This document shows, in pieces, positions 60,665 to 64,000 of a DNA stretch of 64,000 nucleotides. The notes beneath the pieces were generated by a model. It had not been told where the DNA came from and ran no database searches. It saw nothing but the letters and a program-made list of their open reading frames with translations. Made by a program: the position numbers and the translations under genes. Position 1 is the stretch's first letter; each line of letters opens with the position of its first letter. This DNA comes from Clostridiales bacterium. GTDB taxonomy: Bacteria > Bacillota > Clostridia > Oscillospirales > CAG-272. The stretch is from assembly GCA_012727435.1 (NCBI GenBank), contig JAAYHB010000006.1:12327-76326 (forward strand), written 5' to 3'.

Positions 60665-62798
60665 TATAATAGTCGCCAAAAACTCGGGCTTCTGCTTCGG
60701 TGTCAAACGGGCGGCCGACAGCATTGAGGCAAAGCTCGATTGTGCAGTTCTGGGAGAGCGGATATACACCCTCGGCAAGCTGATTCACAACGACACCTAC
60801 AACTCCTACCTTGCCTCGCGCGGGGTCGGGGTGCTCGACGAGTCGGAAATTGAGGCGGTGGCAGGCTCAGCAAACGCGGAGTCGCCGGTGACGCTTTTCA
60901 TCCGGGCTCACGGGGTAACCCTTGGGACCGAGGAGCTGCTCGGCCGGCTTTCAGCCGAAAACCGGCACTTTAAGTTTATTGACTGCACCTGCCCGTATGT
61001 CAGAAAGGTCCGGGCTGTCGCCGCCGGGCATTCGGGAGAGGGGAAATGTTTTATTTTGATGGGAAACCCGGAACACCCCGAGGTGGTCGGCATCATGAGC
61101 TGCGTCGAAGGCGAAAAGCATGTTTTCCGCTCGTCGGACGAACTCGAGGAAGCATTAAAAACAGGTATGCTCGGCGATATGCACAAAAAAACTGTGGTAA
61201 TTGCCGCCCAAACCACTTTTGATTTGTCGGAGTGGAGAAAAAGCCTTGAAAAATTAAAAAAACTATGTACAAACCCGATTATTTTTGATACAATATGTGG
61301 TGTTACCGAAAGGCGGCAGGCAGAAGCAAAAAGCCTTTCGGAACAATGCGATATCATGATAGTGATAGGCGGACGTGACAGCGCGAACACCGCCGGGCTG
61401 TATGATATCTGTAAAAAAAACTGCCATAGGACCTTTCTTGTGGCCGACGGCAGGGAACTCCGGAGTCTTCTTCCGGAAATAAAATCTGTTATTCCGGGTG
61501 CAAAAACCGTGATTGTCGCGGGTGCCTCAACGCCTGCCGGCATAATTCAGGAGGTATTTAAAATAATGAGCGAAACCAAGCAGACCATGGTACAGACTTT
61601 TGAGGAAATGCTCGAATCATCACTGACAACTTTAAATATAGGGGAAACAGTCACCGGAATCATCACTTCGGTCTCGGATGCCGAAATCCAGCTTGACATC
61701 GGCGCCAAGGTTACCGGGGTGATTACCGCCGACCAGGCGACCGACAACCCCTCGGCAAAGCTGACGGAACTCTTTCACGTCGGCGACAGGATTGATGCCT
61801 ATGTCCTGAAGGTCAACGATACCGACGGGGTTGCCACCCTCTCCAAAAGGCGGGCAGACGCCGAAAAAGGCTGGCAGGCAATCAAAAAGGCATATGAGAA
61901 TAACGAGGTGCTCGAAGGAAAGGTAACCGGCGTAAACAAGGGCGGTGTTGAAGTGAGCGTCAACTCCACCCGGGTGTTCGTTCCCGCTTCCCAGACCGGG
62001 CTGCCAAAGGACAAGGAAATGTCGGCACTGCTCGGGGAGACCGTGCGCCTGAAGATTATCGAGATAAAGCAGCAGAGAAGGCGTGCGATCGGCTCGATAC
62101 GCATTGTCCTGCGCGACGAAAGAAAGGCGCGCGAGGCCGCTTTCTGGGATTCTCTTGAGATCGGCATGAAATTTACCGGCAAGGTCAAGAGCCTGACAAG
62201 CTACGGCGCATTTGTCGATCTCGGTGTGGTGGACGGCATGGTACATAACACCGAGCTGTCATGGAAGCACATCAAGTCGCCTGCTGAGGTTGTCTCTGTC
62301 GGTGATGAAATCGAGGTCTATGTAAAGAGCTTTGACCGCGAGCGGGGCAGGATTTCGCTCGGCTATAAAACAGAGGAGACCGAGCCGTGGCGGGTGTTCA
62401 AATCGAAATATGCGGTCGGCGACGTGACGCGAGTCAAGGTCGTGAGTGTTTTGCCCTTCGGCGCGTTTGCCGAGATAGTCGACGGGGTTGACGGGCTGAT
62501 TCACATTTTCCAGCTCGCGCTCACCCGCGTATCAAAACCGCAGGATGTGGTAAATGTCGGCGATGTGGTCGAAGTAAAGATTATCGGCATTGACGATGAA
62601 AAGCGGAACGTGAGCCTGTCAATCCGCGCGCTGCTTGAGGAAGCGGCAAAGAAAGAACCTGAAGCGCAAGAGGAAGGTGGACAGGTCGCGGCACCTGAAG
62701 AAACGACGGACAAGGAGGCTGCCGAAGCTCCGGCAGAAGCACCGGCATCCGACGATTCTTCGGCTGAAACCCCGGTTGAGCCGACCGAGGGCAATTGA
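60648..62798 (+). CDS. ispH: Bifunctional 4-hydroxy-3-methylbut-2-enyl diphosphate reductase (IspH) / ribosomal protein S1-like fusion
   Basis: ATG at 60648 after GAAAGAAAGGAAGG. The N-terminal about 290 aa are IspH (GFCFGVKRA…HGV…CPYV…GG.DSANT). Four S1 (OB) repeats follow (GETVTGIITSV…, VLEGKVTGVNKGG…, KFTGKVKSLTSYGAFVDL…, VTRVKVVSVLPFGAFAEI…), then an acidic tail. This fusion is known in Clostridia. Confidence 0.9.
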   Translation: MTASSSIIVAKNSGFCFGVKRAADSIEAKLDCAVLGERIYTLGKLIHNDTYNSYLASRGVGVLDESEIEAVAGSANAESPVTLFIRAHGVTLGTEELLGRLSAENRHFKFIDCTCPYVRKVRAVAAGHSGEGKCFILMGNPEHPEVVGIMSCVEGEKHVFRSSDELEEALKTGMLGDMHKKTVVIAAQTTFDLSEWRKSLEKLKKLCTNPIIFDTICGVTERRQAEAKSLSEQCDIMIVIGGRDSANTAGLYDICKKNCHRTFLVADGRELRSLLPEIKSVIPGAKTVIVAGASTPAGIIQEVFKIMSETKQTMVQTFEEMLESSLTTLNIGETVTGIITSVSDAEIQLDIGAKVTGVITADQATDNPSAKLTELFHVGDRIDAYVLKVNDTDGVATLSKRRADAEKGWQAIKKAYENNEVLEGKVTGVNKGGVEVSVNSTRVFVPASQTGLPKDKEMSALLGETVRLKIIEIKQQRRRAIGSIRIVLRDERKAREAAFWDSLEIGMKFTGKVKSLTSYGAFVDLGVVDGMVHNTELSWKHIKSPAEVVSVGDEIEVYVKSFDRERGRISLGYKTEETEPWRVFKSKYAVGDVTRVKVVSVLPFGAFAEIVDGVDGLIHIFQLALTRVSKPQDVVNVGDVVEVKIIGIDDEKRNVSLSIRALLEEAAKKEPEAQEEGGQVAAPEETTDKEAAEAPAEAPASDDSSAETPVEPTEGN

Positions 62799-62829
62799 AC
62801 CGATAACTGGATAACATAAAACTGAACAG

Positions 62830-62868
62830 AGGCTGACGCAAATCAACTTGGTTTGCGGCAGCCTTTTT
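62830..62868 (+). terminator. Intrinsic terminator of ispH/rpsA
   Basis: AGGCTGACGCAAA-N9-TTTGCGGCAGCCT, then TTTTT. Confidence 0.75.
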
Positions 62869-62949
62869 ATTTGAGTTTATCTTACTGACTGCGGCGCCTC
62901 CGAATGCATGATGTCGTGCCCGTGCTAAGGGATTGGCAATTCTGTTACA

Positions 62950-63020
62950 ATAGTTTTTGGGAATTCTTAAGACCATTTTTTCAAGGAGGGTCTTAAGCGG
63001 GGGTTAGTGGGCAGGGCCTT
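62950..63020 (-). repeat. Copy G of the dispersed repeat family (reverse orientation)
   Basis: Reverse complement is GGCCCTGCCCACTAACCCCCGCTTAAGACCCTCCTTGAAAAAATGGTCTTAAGAATTCCCAAAAACTATTGTAAC. Confidence 0.65.
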
Positions 63021-63141
63021 TTAGGTTCTATGCGTAAATATAGTTAAAAAATTCTTTACAAACACCAGATATTGTGGTAACATATAAGTACAATAGGCAT
63101 TTTTTATGAAAGGGAAGCCGAAAATACGGCTGTGATTGTTT

Positions 63142-63624
63142 ATGAAATGCCCGTCCTGCGGATATGCTGACAGCAGAGTGGTGGATTCCCGCCCGGTCGC
63201 CGACGGCACAAGCATACGCCGCCGCCGCGAGTGTCTTGCCTGCCAGAAGCGATTTACTACATTTGAGGTCATCGAGGCGGTACAGATAGTAGTAATCAAA
63301 AAAGACGGCTCAAAGGAACTTTTCGACAGGAACAAGCTGCTTGCCGGCCTGCTCAAGGCCTGCCAGAAACGCCCGGTTAACGCCGAGGAGATTGTCTCGG
63401 AAATCGAAACCGAGCTTCAGAACTCACTTAAGATTGAGGTCACCTCGCGCGAGATCGGCGAAATGGTCATGTCAAAGCTCAAGGAGCGTGACGAGGTCGC
63501 GTATGTGCGCTTTGCCTCGGTATACCGCGAGTTCCGCGACGTTGATACATTTTTACGTGAGCTCAACGAGCTGAAGAAAAAGGCCGAATCCGAGAGCAAC
63601 GCTTCAAGGAAGCAAAAGAAGTGA
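63142..63624 (+). CDS. nrdR: Transcriptional repressor NrdR
   Basis: MKCPSCGYADSRVVDSRPVADGTSIRRRRECLACQKRFTTFE is the zinc ribbon, followed by an ATP-cone. Confidence 0.95.
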   Translation: MKCPSCGYADSRVVDSRPVADGTSIRRRRECLACQKRFTTFEVIEAVQIVVIKKDGSKELFDRNKLLAGLLKACQKRPVNAEEIVSEIETELQNSLKIEVTSREIGEMVMSKLKERDEVAYVRFASVYREFRDVDTFLRELNELKKKAESESNASRKQKK

Positions 63625-64000
63625 ATATCACCTGGAATCCCTGGCACGGCTGCCGGAAGTACAGCGAGGGCTGCCTGCACTGCTATGTCTTCCGTATTGA
63701 CGGCGAGCACGATATTGACAGCCGGGTTGTAAGGCTCAACGCCGACTTCGATCTCCCGGTGAAAATGACCAAAAAGGGATATAAAGTCAAACCGGGCGAC
63801 GTCGTTTACACTTGTCTGTCGTCCGATTTTTTTCTTGAGGAGGCCGATGACTGGCGGGAGCGCGCATGGGAAATCATCGCTGCCCGGCGAGACTTGAAGT
63901 TTATAATCATCACAAAGCGCATCCTCCGCGCCTCCGGGTGCCTTCCCGCCGACTGGGGGGAAGGGTACGAACATGTTCACATCGGGGTTACCTGCGAGAA
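63621..64000 (+). CDS. DUF5131 (phage Gp37/Gp68-like) family protein. Partial: it runs off the window end and is not in the ORF track.
   Basis: The GTG at 63621 overlaps the nrdR TGA (GTGA). The frame stays open to 64000. VNITWNPWHGCRKYSEGCLHCY matches the family N-terminus (…WNP..GC…S.GC..CY). Confidence 0.65.
   Translation, partial: MNITWNPWHGCRKYSEGCLHCYVFRIDGEHDIDSRVVRLNADFDLPVKMTKKGYKVKPGDVVYTCLSSDFFLEEADDWRERAWEIIAARRDLKFIIITKRILRASGCLPADWGEGYEHVHIGVTCE

Overview
This is a 64-kb chromosomal segment from a moderately GC-rich, endospore-forming Firmicute. I infer class Clostridia from dpaA/dpaB, the ispH-rpsA fusion and Gram-positive-type RBSs and promoters. Nearly all of it is core housekeeping. 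In order:
- rpoB-rpoC, a frameshifted small rRNA methyltransferase, and rpsL-rpsG-fusA-tuf.
- FMN riboswitch-ribU plus a COG2426 membrane gene, and SAM-I riboswitch-metK.
- recD2-comFC, mreB and pepD.
- A nagB-phosphohexomutase operon with a divergent AraC regulator.
- clpB, which has two frameshifts and a perfect CIRCE operator.
- A GLUG/YegP/uL15-like membrane protein and an FAD oxidoreductase.
- dapF, dpaAB, a TVP38 protein, and rhaA with a 1042-aa glycosidase-like protein.
- pncB, a DD-carboxypeptidase, pgi, and a murE-racemase cluster.
- A GNAT, an NCS2 permease, rpiR, an HI0933-like flavoprotein, cmk-plsC-ispH/rpsA and nrdR.

Two CDSs run off the window edges and are missing from the ORF track: 1..1564 (-) and 63621..64000 (+).

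I found no rRNA, tRNA, CRISPR array, transposase, integrase or prophage block, and no convincing multi-gene novel system such as a defence island. The items most worth a second look are:
- A dispersed intergenic repeat family of about 70-100 nt with 8 copies, usually starting 5-12 nt after a stop codon.
- The single-gene fusion of an extracellular GLUG domain, a TM helix, two YegP domains and the C-terminal half of uL15.
- A non-dcw murE with DNPD in place of the DNPR motif, next to an Asp/Glu racemase and a truncated pre-ATP-grasp-like ORF.
- Two structured leaders with terminators, upstream of rpoB and of the NCS2 permease, that match no riboswitch I recognise.
- Three frameshifts, two of them in clpB.

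All product calls rest on motif recognition by eye. No database search was run.
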